In this document: positions 16,344 to 24,675 of the stretch, piece after piece
Numbering within the stretch: the first letter of the stretch is position 1
How the letters are laid out: each line of letters begins with the position of its first letter
Assembly: GCA_964392765.1 (NCBI GenBank)
Contig: CAYMRF010000001.1
Location: 3,744 to 67,743 of the forward strand
Reading direction: 5' to 3'
From: an uncultured Pseudomonadota bacterium
GTDB lineage: Bacteria > Babelota > Babeliae > Babelales > Vermiphilaceae
DNA length: 64,000 nt
Made by a program: the position numbers and the translations under genes
Notes under the pieces: generated by a model
What the model saw: the letters and a program-made list of their open reading frames with translations, nothing else
Told to the model about the DNA's origin: nothing
The model's database searches: none

Positions 16344-17960
16344 ATGTTTCATTCAGTTGATGAACAAACTATTATTGCACAATGTACGCCTCGCGGAAGC
16401 GGGGCGATCGCTTTACTGCGCATCTCAGGCATCAACGCAATAGAAATAGTAAATTCTATTGCAAAATTAGCTTCACAAAAATCATTACTCGATGCAGATA
16501 CGCATACGATTCACTATGGCAGCGTGGTAGACTCTCAAGGTGTCACCGTTGATAACGTGATGTTTTTACTCATGAAAGCGCCAAAAACATTCACGGGCCA
16601 AGAGACGGTAGAGATCACGTGCCACAACAATCAATTCATTGTTGAACAGATTATTGCGCTGGCCATTGCCAATGGCGCACGCTTGGCCCAAGAAGGGGAA
16701 TTTACTAAGCGTGCCGTGCTCAATGGCAAAATAGATTTAGTGCAAGCTGAGGCGATAAATGAACTCATTCATGCGCAAACACAACTGGCGCTCAAACAAT
16801 CACTCTCTCAATTAAAAGGTTCTCTCACTCAATGGCTTGCCACCATTGAACATGCACTCATTAAAGCACTCGCACTTTCTGAAGCCAGCTTTGAATTTCT
16901 TGATGAAGAGATGGAATTTGCACCACAAATTAGTAGCATGATTACAGAAATTAAAACTACCATTGGCAGCATTAAAAAAACTTATAATCAACAACAGCAA
17001 ATTCGCCAAGGGGTTCGCGTTGCCATTATTGGCTCCGTAAACGCGGGCAAATCTTCTTTATTTAATGCGCTACTCAATCAAGAGCGCGCTATCGTTACCG
17101 CTATTGCCGGCACCACTCGCGATGCGATTGAAGCAGGCGTGTATAAAAATGGCAACTTCTGGACTTTGGTAGACACTGCCGGATTGCGCCAGACTGATGA
17201 TGTTATTGAGCAGGAAGGGATTAGAAGATCTTTTGAAGAAGCACAGAAGGCGGACATTATTATTTTGGCTTTCGATTCTTCGCGTGAAATCACGTGTGAG
17301 GAATCGGAAGTTTATCAACAGATTGCACAGCAGTATCCGAATAAAATTATTACGGTTTATACGAAATGTGATACTACATTTCTCGACTCTTCCTCACTAA
17401 GTTCGGATTCGCTCGAAACGAACGGGGAAGAATTTGAGAAAATAAAAGACCCCGTTCGGGTCGATGGAGGTCTGGAAGACCGAATGGAGACCTCTCCACT
17501 CACCCCTAAAGGGGTTGTATCGAGGCGAACGGAAGAGCGGGCACACATCCTGCCTGTCCGCCGTAGCCTTGGCGAAGGCTGGAAGAGCAACCAAGGGTTG
17601 CGTATCGAAGGACGTGCCAACATTGCAGATAATTTTACTAAGCACGAGCCAATCAACCTCTCCAGCAAAACAAAAACCAACATCAGCGCTCTCGAATCCG
17701 CAATTGAACAAAAAATTGCCACCCTATTTGCCGGCATCGAATCTCCATTCTTATTAAACCAACGCCAATTCAATCTCTTGCTCGCGCTTGAAAAAAAGCT
17801 TGATGAGATTCACAATATGCTCAGTCAAAAACAAGTTGCCTATGAACTATTATCAATCCATCTTAATGATGCTATTGCACATTTAGCTGAACTTTCAGGA
17901 AAATCAATCAGTGAGGCTGGTATGGATATGGTGTTTAGGGAATTTTGTATTGGGAAGTAA
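16344..17960 (+). CDS. mnmE: tRNA modification GTPase MnmE, carrying a composite in-frame repeat insertion of about 78 aa
   Basis: G1 GSVNAGKSSLFNAL, G3 DTAGLR, G4 TKCD, C-terminal FCIGK. 538 aa against the usual roughly 450-460 aa; the excess maps to 17378..17614. Confidence 0.9.
   Translation: MFHSVDEQTIIAQCTPRGSGAIALLRISGINAIEIVNSIAKLASQKSLLDADTHTIHYGSVVDSQGVTVDNVMFLLMKAPKTFTGQETVEITCHNNQFIVEQIIALAIANGARLAQEGEFTKRAVLNGKIDLVQAEAINELIHAQTQLALKQSLSQLKGSLTQWLATIEHALIKALALSEASFEFLDEEMEFAPQISSMITEIKTTIGSIKKTYNQQQQIRQGVRVAIIGSVNAGKSSLFNALLNQERAIVTAIAGTTRDAIEAGVYKNGNFWTLVDTAGLRQTDDVIEQEGIRRSFEEAQKADIIILAFDSSREITCEESEVYQQIAQQYPNKIITVYTKCDTTFLDSSSLSSDSLETNGEEFEKIKDPVRVDGGLEDRMETSPLTPKGVVSRRTEERAHILPVRRSLGEGWKSNQGLRIEGRANIADNFTKHEPINLSSKTKTNISALESAIEQKIATLFAGIESPFLLNQRQFNLLLALEKKLDEIHNMLSQKQVAYELLSIHLNDAIAHLAELSGKSISEAGMDMVFREFCIGK
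17378..17614. repeat. three concatenated GC-rich repeat modules (D + A + E1) in frame inside mnmE
   Basis: D: ATTTCTCGACT...GCTCGAAACGAACGG (17378..17425). A: CCGTTCGGGTCGATGGAG...TGGAGACCTCTCCA...TATCGAGGCGAACGG (17453..17532). E1: CCGCCGTAGCCTTGGCGAAGGCTGG (17558..17582) plus a tail ending about 17614. Confidence 0.85.
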
Positions 17961-17965
17961 AAAAA

Positions 17966-18871
17966 ATGAAGCGATTATTATTACTGAGCTTAATTGCATC
18001 GAATGTTAAGGGCATGGATCATGGAGACATCGATCCTTTAGGCCGCGCAGTTTATCTTATTACCATGAGTGGCTGGGATAAAGAAAGAAAAAAAGAATTA
18101 TTTTATCGCGAAACAGAAAGACGTTTAACCAATAGGATGAACCTGGATCTTCCTATAAAAGACACTGTTCCTTTAGAGTATTTTATAAAAAATAAAGATT
18201 TAACAATGGTTAAAAGGTTGCTGGAAGCAGGCGCCACTCCCTCTAGTAAATTTTTAGAAACAGCTATAGTATTCAAGAACGATGAATCAGCAGAAGAACT
18301 ACTTCGTTTCAAAGCAGATCCTAACGAGATGCTTAAAAACACAACTCCCTTACATTGCCTTTGTAGCAATATAAATGATTCAACTAAGTCTTCACAGATA
18401 CTTCGCCTTGCTCAATTACTTTTATCTCATGGAGCTTGCCCCAATATCTACAGTAAAGGCGAGGGATTCGGCGCTATAACACCTCTTCATGAACTTTTGT
18501 TTCATTCTATTCCGTCAAACGATGAAATAGTAGAGTTTGGTTATAATAGAGATTCGATTATCCTACTACGTAAGAAGCTCGTTCATATGCTTATTTTTCG
18601 TGGAGGTGCCCACTTGTTAACTGTCAAAGATATGCGTAAGACACCATTAGAAGTGGTGAAATTGGTGGAAATTTTCGAAGAAGAACAAGACCCAGATCTC
18701 ATTGCATTAGCTGCGCTTGCCGAAAAGTTATACGTTTCACGAATGGTGCAACTCTGCTGGATCAAAGATCGAATAAAAGATGGGGCAATCCGAGGCTTGC
18801 CACCAGAACCTAATTTGATCCAAACGTTACCCCGCTCATTGCTCAAGTTTATTGCTGATAGAACGGTATAA
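17966..18871 (+). CDS. secreted ankyrin-repeat protein
   Basis: ATG at 17966 gives the signal peptide MKRLLLLSLIASNVKG. ANK-like repeats (TPLHCLCSN...LLLSHGACPN, ITPLHELLF). Confidence 0.7.
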   Translation: MKRLLLLSLIASNVKGMDHGDIDPLGRAVYLITMSGWDKERKKELFYRETERRLTNRMNLDLPIKDTVPLEYFIKNKDLTMVKRLLEAGATPSSKFLETAIVFKNDESAEELLRFKADPNEMLKNTTPLHCLCSNINDSTKSSQILRLAQLLLSHGACPNIYSKGEGFGAITPLHELLFHSIPSNDEIVEFGYNRDSIILLRKKLVHMLIFRGGAHLLTVKDMRKTPLEVVKLVEIFEEEQDPDLIALAALAEKLYVSRMVQLCWIKDRIKDGAIRGLPPEPNLIQTLPRSLLKFIADRTV

Positions 18872-18967
18872 AGCCCCTACCCCCCCCTAACAATTTTTTA
18901 AAGAGCCTGCTATACTGAGATTTATAGCTAAACAAAAGGCTAATTTAGGGATTTAGGGCTTCCTTTT

Positions 18968-20110
18968 ATGAAGAAAAAGATCATAATTTTTACCAGTGGT
19001 GGCGGAAATGGCCACATTAGTGCCACCAAGGCGCTCAACTCATACCTTTCAGATGAGTATGAAATTAAGCCAGTTTTCATCTTTGAAGATGTCTTTCTCC
19101 GCGTAGATCCCGCTTCGGTGATCACTTTTGGCAAAATTCAGGGCGAAGATGTCTATAATTTCTTCTTAAAACGCCGTTGGTATAGCATAATCAATCTTAT
19201 TTATGATTTTGGATACTGGTATTATAACCTGATTTCTAAATCAACCACTCGAATAGCCAGCGAATATTTGGCTAAAGAAAAGCCAGATTTGGTTATCTCA
19301 GTGATTCCTATTGTTAACAGCGTGATCCTTGCTGCTTGCCAAAAGAATAATATTCCCTTCATGCTCATTCCTACAGATTTTGATGTTACGAGTTTTGTAG
19401 CTCGCATTAAGAAGCCAACATTCCGTAAATTTATGGTAACTCTGGGCTCAGCAGATCCTTTAGTAAAAGTAAAAGTTGCACCAGCGCAAATTCCTGCTGA
19501 TCAAATCGCAATCACCGGGCTTCCCATGCGCAAAGATTTCTTTGAATCTAAAGATATCCCTTTAATTAAAAAGCAATTTGGCGTACCGGAAGACAAACCA
19601 GTAATCGTACTTATGATGGGCGGCCAAGGCAATTCCAGCATTATGGCATTTGCACAGCAGATTGCTAACCTCTCAATTCCTGCACATGTGATCATCTGCA
19701 TTGGCAGAAATAGCGATGTTAAAGAGACACTTAAAAACATCACATTTGCTCCCCATATAACCACTACCATTCTTGGATTCACCGAGCGAATCTCCGATCT
19801 TCTTGCGATGGCAGATTTATTGATCACTAAATCAGGATCGGTAAGTTTTGCTGAGGGAATCACGATGAACGTGCCAATGATTCTTGATGGAACCGCAACG
19901 CTCATCTATTGGGAACGATTAAATCATACATTACTTACTGTTCACGATTGGGGAATCTGCCTGAAAAAGCCAGAAGATTTAAATACAGCGATCATCAAGA
20001 TTTTAGGCGATTCGAACCATTATCAAGAAATCAAAAAGAACTTAGAAGCAGTTCCAAAGATGCAGCTTGATCTAGAAATAAAGCCACTTATTGAGAAACT
20101 GCTCACTTAA
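18968..20110 (+). CDS. MGDG-synthase-like glycosyltransferase (GT28 family, diacylglycerol glycosyltransferase type)
   Basis: 380 aa. N-terminal IIIFTSGGGNGHISATKAL and C-terminal GT-B signature (LITKSGSVSFAEG). Confidence 0.75.
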   Translation: MKKKIIIFTSGGGNGHISATKALNSYLSDEYEIKPVFIFEDVFLRVDPASVITFGKIQGEDVYNFFLKRRWYSIINLIYDFGYWYYNLISKSTTRIASEYLAKEKPDLVISVIPIVNSVILAACQKNNIPFMLIPTDFDVTSFVARIKKPTFRKFMVTLGSADPLVKVKVAPAQIPADQIAITGLPMRKDFFESKDIPLIKKQFGVPEDKPVIVLMMGGQGNSSIMAFAQQIANLSIPAHVIICIGRNSDVKETLKNITFAPHITTTILGFTERISDLLAMADLLITKSGSVSFAEGITMNVPMILDGTATLIYWERLNHTLLTVHDWGICLKKPEDLNTAIIKILGDSNHYQEIKKNLEAVPKMQLDLEIKPLIEKLLT

Positions 20111-20175
20111 CTTCTATAATTTTTATTCAGAACAAACGCACTTTAAAGTCTTTTAAATACGCAAAAAAATTCTAT

Positions 20176-20366
20176 CCGTTCGCCTCGATGGAACCCTGTA
20201 AAGGGTGAATGGAGAGGTTTTTTATATGAAATCAACAACGTTTTAAGGACTTCTCCATTCGGGCTTCGCACTCTGGTTCGATGCGGCGTGGCCTTACTCA
20301 CCACAGGCCTTCGACGCGGCTCCCGACCATCCTGAGCGAATGCAATGAGTCGAAGGAAGCGAACGG
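20176..20366. repeat. composite GC-rich repeat block: module A split by AT-rich filler, then B/C-like modules
   Basis: CCGTTCGCCTCGATGGAACCCTGTAAAGGGTGAATGGAGAGG, then 32 nt of AT-rich sequence, then TCTCCATTCGGG...GGTTCGATGCGG...CTCACCACAGG...TCCTGAGCGAATGCAATGAGTCGAAGGAAGCGAACGG. Confidence 0.8.
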
Positions 20367-20558
20367 ATTTATATTATCAATCCCTGCTTTCAAGACCATT
20401 GCCTTGAGTTTTTATCAAAGTTTTATAGGGCTTGAGTTTGTCCGTTCTGGATTCTCCTCGCGCAATTAAAATTCTCTCGATAAACTCTATAGGTAAATCA
20501 GGATTTACTTCTGCAATCTTCTTCAGCTTACAATTTTTAATTTTAGTTTTTTTAAAGT

Positions 20559-20864
20559 TCATTCAACAAACCACTGATTAATATCTTTTGCTGCGTAAAC
20601 GCGCATTGCATCTCTCTCAACATCCCAAACTTCTAGCAGCCATTGCTCCTGTGGATGATACTCAGTGCTTCCAAAATAGAATTTGATCGGAATAATTGTG
20701 CGCACTGCGGTTTCACCGCGATAATTGGTGTAGCCAACTTTGATGGGGTTTGCTTTCGCTTTTTCTGTTAACTCAATGGGCAGTAGCGCAGCCTCTTTGG
20801 CATTATTTTGATTTGCGGTGAACATAACGATTCCTAAAAATAAAAGCTTTAATTTCATATACAT
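20559..20864 (-). CDS. hypothetical secreted protein
   Basis: Signal peptide MYMKLKLLFLGIVMFTA. No recognised domain. Confidence 0.5.
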   Translation of the reverse strand: MYMKLKLLFLGIVMFTANQNNAKEAALLPIELTEKAKANPIKVGYTNYRGETAVRTIIPIKFYFGSTEYHPQEQWLLEVWDVERDAMRVYAAKDINQWFVE

Positions 20865-20868
20865 TCTT

Positions 20869-21564
20869 CTAATCTTCTACTCGAACCTCGATAACTAATT
20901 CACTTGATGGCGTTGTAAAAGTAAGAGTATAAACTCCTGCTTGATCAAATTTGACCTGCCAATCCTGGCACACATACGAAGGATGGGGGAAACAATTCTC
21001 TCTAATGATTTTTATTTTTTTATCACAAGAAAGCTTCCAATAATCTTGAGGCTGCCAAACATAATGAGCAGGTGCATGCAAATCGGGAACTTTAAGCCAC
21101 ACATCATAACCTTTTTCTACCACGAAATAAGTGTCCCCGTTGCGCAAATCAATCCGCCTTCCAGAGTAGTCCCCAGGAACAACTTTAACTGGTTCATGGG
21201 TATATGAACTTTCTAATATTGAAATAGAGACTGCTACAGATTCAGAATGACGTTTAAAAATTAAGTTAAATGTCCCGGCTTTACGAGCTTTTAAATCCCA
21301 ACGCTGCAGCACTCCCCATGCATAATCACGAGTCATAATCTCACTTTCAAGCAACACCAAGGCATCATGAGGATACGATATTAATTTCCACTCATCTTCC
21401 TCCGTCCAAATCCAATCACCCAAATGAGGTTTTGGGAATTCTGCATAAATTTTAAAAAATTGATTAATTTTAACCGTATCTTCTGCCCAAATATGAGGCA
21501 AATCGCTATCGGCAAAAAGTGAAAAGCTTACGAGCAATGAGAAAAATGTTGCAAATTTACGCAT
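20869..21564 (-). CDS. hypothetical secreted protein with two internally repeated beta-rich domains
   Basis: Start moved to MRKFATFFSLLVSFSLFA (21564). Internal duplication: DWIWTEEDEWKLISYP...AGTFNLIFKR versus HYVWQPQDYWKLSCDK...AGVYTLTFTT. Confidence 0.55.
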   Translation of the reverse strand: MRKFATFFSLLVSFSLFADSDLPHIWAEDTVKINQFFKIYAEFPKPHLGDWIWTEEDEWKLISYPHDALVLLESEIMTRDYAWGVLQRWDLKARKAGTFNLIFKRHSESVAVSISILESSYTHEPVKVVPGDYSGRRIDLRNGDTYFVVEKGYDVWLKVPDLHAPAHYVWQPQDYWKLSCDKKIKIIRENCFPHPSYVCQDWQVKFDQAGVYTLTFTTPSSELVIEVRVED

Positions 21565-21681
21565 GAAAAACCTTTTTACAAGCCTGTTATTTTGACTGGC
21601 TAGCATATCAAACTCATAGTGATTGTATAGCTCGAAATTTTGGCAATAAAAAAGGCCCAGTTTCCCGGGCCTCAATTCTCT

Positions 21682-22008
21682 TTACTTATGAGTATTTTTA
21701 TATTCTTCTTCAGCAAGCTCTATAATCCGATTCGCAACATCTTCTTTAATGTTTCGCGCTTTCCAATTTGCCCTACGTGCGCACATTTCATAACAAGTTT
21801 GTACCGCGCTTCCTACGAAATCTTTTGCTGCTTTACAATCAGAATCTTTCGCCTTGATCTCATCACACTTTTTATAGCATAAAGCCAAAGCTTCTTGCAT
21901 TACTATTCCTGCTTTAGCAAGCTCTGCACTCATATCTTCAATATTCTGAGTTTGACCATTTAACAAACTAGCGCTTAAAACTGCTGTAAAAACAAATATA
22001 TTTTTCAT
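21682..22008 (-). CDS. hypothetical small secreted cysteine-containing helical protein
   Basis: Signal peptide MKNIFVFTAVLSASLLNG. Five Cys in a helical context. Confidence 0.5.
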   Translation of the reverse strand: MKNIFVFTAVLSASLLNGQTQNIEDMSAELAKAGIVMQEALALCYKKCDEIKAKDSDCKAAKDFVGSAVQTCYEMCARRANWKARNIKEDVANRIIELAEEEYKNTHK

Positions 22009-22031
22009 GATAAATCCCGCAATTATTCATT

Positions 22032-22313
22032 TCAATGATTTTTTTTAGACTCTTCTAATACTCTTACTCTTTCCATTTCTTGCTCCTTTCTTATAACCGC
22101 CCAGCCATCGGGAAGAGTCTTGCCTATTTCACCTTGGAGGCAAAGACGCACCCATGCTCTGCGCATATCATTCTCAAAAGGGTTTAATGATCGCGCGCCT
22201 ATAAGAGTATCACTACTCATCGCTTTATTTGATTCTGGAGCAGTTTTTTGCTCATCCGACATCCCAAATCCACGACTATAGACAGCTAAAGCCAATAAAA
22301 GTATTTTATTCAT
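22032..22313 (-). CDS. hypothetical small secreted protein
   Basis: Signal peptide MNKILLLALAVYSRGFG. Confidence 0.45.
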   Translation of the reverse strand: MNKILLLALAVYSRGFGMSDEQKTAPESNKAMSSDTLIGARSLNPFENDMRRAWVRLCLQGEIGKTLPDGWAVIRKEQEMERVRVLEESKKNH

Positions 22314-22382
22314 AAAAAATCCTCAAAAAAAAGAGAGTCCAATTACTTGGACTCTCTCAATGTATTTAAAATGCTTAAATAA

Positions 22383-23012
22383 TTACGCTGCAACCGCAGG
22401 AATTACTTGAATCTCATCACGGCGATTAGGCCATTGTTGATCTCTATCACCTGAGCATGGTTTACCATTTACCATTTCAGGAACATCTGATCCGCGACCG
22501 ATAACTTTAATTTTATGAGCAGGAATGCCTTGGGCAACTGCACAATCTTTCAAAGTTTTAGCGCGTTTTTCTGAAAGAATACGGTTGTAGGTATCAGAAC
22601 CTGCCGCATGGTCAGAGTTACCATTAACTACGAATTGAACCGCTTTACCATCTTTTTGCTCTTGGTTCATGAATTCCTTCATGCGAGCAACGTCTTGCGC
22701 AACGGCTTCTTTTTCACTTGCTTTGATGTTGTATTTATCAAAATCGAAATAAACCTTTTTGAATCCACTATTTTTGCCCGATTCATCGATCCAGGCATAT
22801 TGAGCATCATCGTTTTCTAAGGCAACTGCGTTATCCGCGAGAGCCATATCACCTAAATCGGCATCAAAAAAGCTCTTAATGTTTGCATCTGCTACCGGAA
22901 TATCAACATCCGTTAAAACATCGTTTTTATTTACCCTTTGTTCCGCTTTTTTTTGCCAGCATCCTGGAACCAATGCCAAAATAGTTAATGCTAATAGAAA
23001 TTGTTTAGTCAT
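22383..23012 (-). CDS. pal: peptidoglycan-associated lipoprotein (OmpA-C family)
   Basis: Lipobox LVPGC. OmpA-like C-terminal domain (VYFDFDKYNI...NGNSDHAAGSDTYNRILSEKRAKTL...IGRGSD). Confidence 0.85.
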   Translation of the reverse strand: MTKQFLLALTILALVPGCWQKKAEQRVNKNDVLTDVDIPVADANIKSFFDADLGDMALADNAVALENDDAQYAWIDESGKNSGFKKVYFDFDKYNIKASEKEAVAQDVARMKEFMNQEQKDGKAVQFVVNGNSDHAAGSDTYNRILSEKRAKTLKDCAVAQGIPAHKIKVIGRGSDVPEMVNGKPCSGDRDQQWPNRRDEIQVIPAVAA

Positions 23013-23159
23013 GAGTACTCCCTAGTTGAAAGGAAAAAAGTGTTAGTTTTATTTAACGGCATAGGGACTTTATCACAATTTTAGCCGATTTTCTACTCAT
23101 TATCTGCAAAAATATGCTATAGTGATGAAGAAAAGAATTTCAAAAATGGCAAAAACAAC

Positions 23160-24674
23160 ATGAAAAAAATTTTAATTAATGAAAATCCCTGGCAAACAAG
23201 AATTGCTATAACCTCTGATGGGTTGCTGCAAAACGTATACTTTGCAGGTCACACAGAAAATCCACTTGAAAGAGCGTTTTTTAAAGGGGTTGTGACTAAA
23301 GTTCTGCCCGGAATCCAAACCGCATTTGTAGATATCGGCCAAGAAAAGGCTGGATTTCTGCATATTTCTGAAATCGATCGTGATCTGGCGATCGAAAAGA
23401 TTAGCAAACATAGCCAAATGGACGATGATGAAACTCCCGCACCCGCTCCGCGGATCAGCCGATCTCAGATCGATATTGGCAAGATTTTCAAGGAAGGGGA
23501 TCAGATTCTGGTTCAAGTAAGCAAAGAACCAGTGTATGAAAAAGGGGCAAAGCTTTCCACTTGCTTTACGCTTCCCGGCCGCTTTATAGTTTTAATGCCC
23601 AATATTCCTCGCATCGGCATCTCTAAAAAGATTGAAGACCGTGAAGAGCGCGCACGGCTTAAAAATATCGTGAAACAAGCGCTGCCAGAAGGCATGGGCG
23701 CCATTATTAGAACCACGAGCGATGGCCGCCAAGATTCTGAGATTGCTAAGGATATCAGCTTCTTGCTTGATACCTGGAATCATATCCAAGATAAATTTAA
23801 GGCTGCAGAACCTAAAGAGAAGATCTTCCAAGATATCGAACTTCCATTGCAAATGGTGCGCGATCACCTTGATAACGATGTTGAAGAAGTGATTACCGAC
23901 AGCAAAGAAGGCCTCAATAAGATTTATAAATTCGTAAAAGCGATCGCCTCCGAATATAGTCAACGTATAAAATTATACGAAGGCCCTTCGCAAATTTTTG
24001 AGCATTTTGGTATCGAAAAACAGATCGAAGCGGCTCTTGAGAAGAAAGTAGCGCTTAAATCGGGCGGATCTTTAATTATTGAGACCACCGAGGCGATGAC
24101 GGTAGTTGATGTGAACACGGGAAAATTTACGGGCAAAAAGAACCTAGAAGAAACAATTCTTGCCACAAATCTTGAAGCTGCACAAGAGGTTGTGCGCCAA
24201 TTGCGCTTGCGCAACATTGGCGGCCTCATTGTTATTGACTTTATTGATATGGCATCCGGCTCAAACAAGCAAAAGCTTTTCCGCTTTTTTGAAAAAACGC
24301 TGCGCGAAGGGGATAAATTCCAATCGGTGGTGTTAAAAATTTCTGAATTCGGCCTCGTGCAGATGACGCGTAAACGCTCAGGCATCACCTTGCAACAGCA
24401 AATGATGCAAAAATGCAGCTGCTGCAAAGGTCTTGGTTACGTGAAATCAATTGAAACCGAAAGCCAATTGATCTTGCGCCAATTACAAGAAAAGCTCAGA
24501 GATCAAAAAAGTGGCCTTGAAGTGGGCTTGCGTCTCAATCCAGAAGTTTTTGAACACTTGACCAGCGTCGAATACAATGCCATTTTATCCCTTGAGAAAT
24601 TATATAAGTGCAAAATAACTTTGGTAAGCGATAAAAATTTAAGCCTCAACCAATTCAAAATCGAAAAAAAATAA
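23160..24674 (+). CDS. rng: ribonuclease G/E family endoribonuclease
   Basis: 504 aa. S1 domain GVVTKVLPGIQTAFVDIGQEKAGFLHISE, catalytic core (VVDVNTGKF, GGLIVIDFIDM) and a zinc-link CSCCKG. Confidence 0.88.
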   Translation: MKKILINENPWQTRIAITSDGLLQNVYFAGHTENPLERAFFKGVVTKVLPGIQTAFVDIGQEKAGFLHISEIDRDLAIEKISKHSQMDDDETPAPAPRISRSQIDIGKIFKEGDQILVQVSKEPVYEKGAKLSTCFTLPGRFIVLMPNIPRIGISKKIEDREERARLKNIVKQALPEGMGAIIRTTSDGRQDSEIAKDISFLLDTWNHIQDKFKAAEPKEKIFQDIELPLQMVRDHLDNDVEEVITDSKEGLNKIYKFVKAIASEYSQRIKLYEGPSQIFEHFGIEKQIEAALEKKVALKSGGSLIIETTEAMTVVDVNTGKFTGKKNLEETILATNLEAAQEVVRQLRLRNIGGLIVIDFIDMASGSNKQKLFRFFEKTLREGDKFQSVVLKISEFGLVQMTRKRSGITLQQQMMQKCSCCKGLGYVKSIETESQLILRQLQEKLRDQKSGLEVGLRLNPEVFEHLTSVEYNAILSLEKLYKCKITLVSDKNLSLNQFKIEKK

Positions 24675-24675
24675 C

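Noticed and set aside
17357-17773. 138-aa minus-strand ORF, plus 17397..17711 and 17464..17757, inside mnmE
   Set aside because: All three are confined to the palindromic GC-rich insertion and are open only because the modules lack stops in several frames. mnmE is the real gene.
18925-18955. TTTAGGGATTTAGGG, a telomere-like TTAGGG tandem
   Set aside because: There are only two units, immediately upstream of the GT28 start codon. It most likely provides the purine-rich ribosome-binding site. Its spacing (8 bp) also differs from the 21-bp TAGGG pairs.
20377-20562. 61-aa minus-strand ORF overlapping the stop of the 20559..20864 gene by 4 nt
   Set aside because: Its C-terminal third is encoded next to and partly within repeat-derived sequence, and it has no recognisable features. 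It is possibly real but unsupported.
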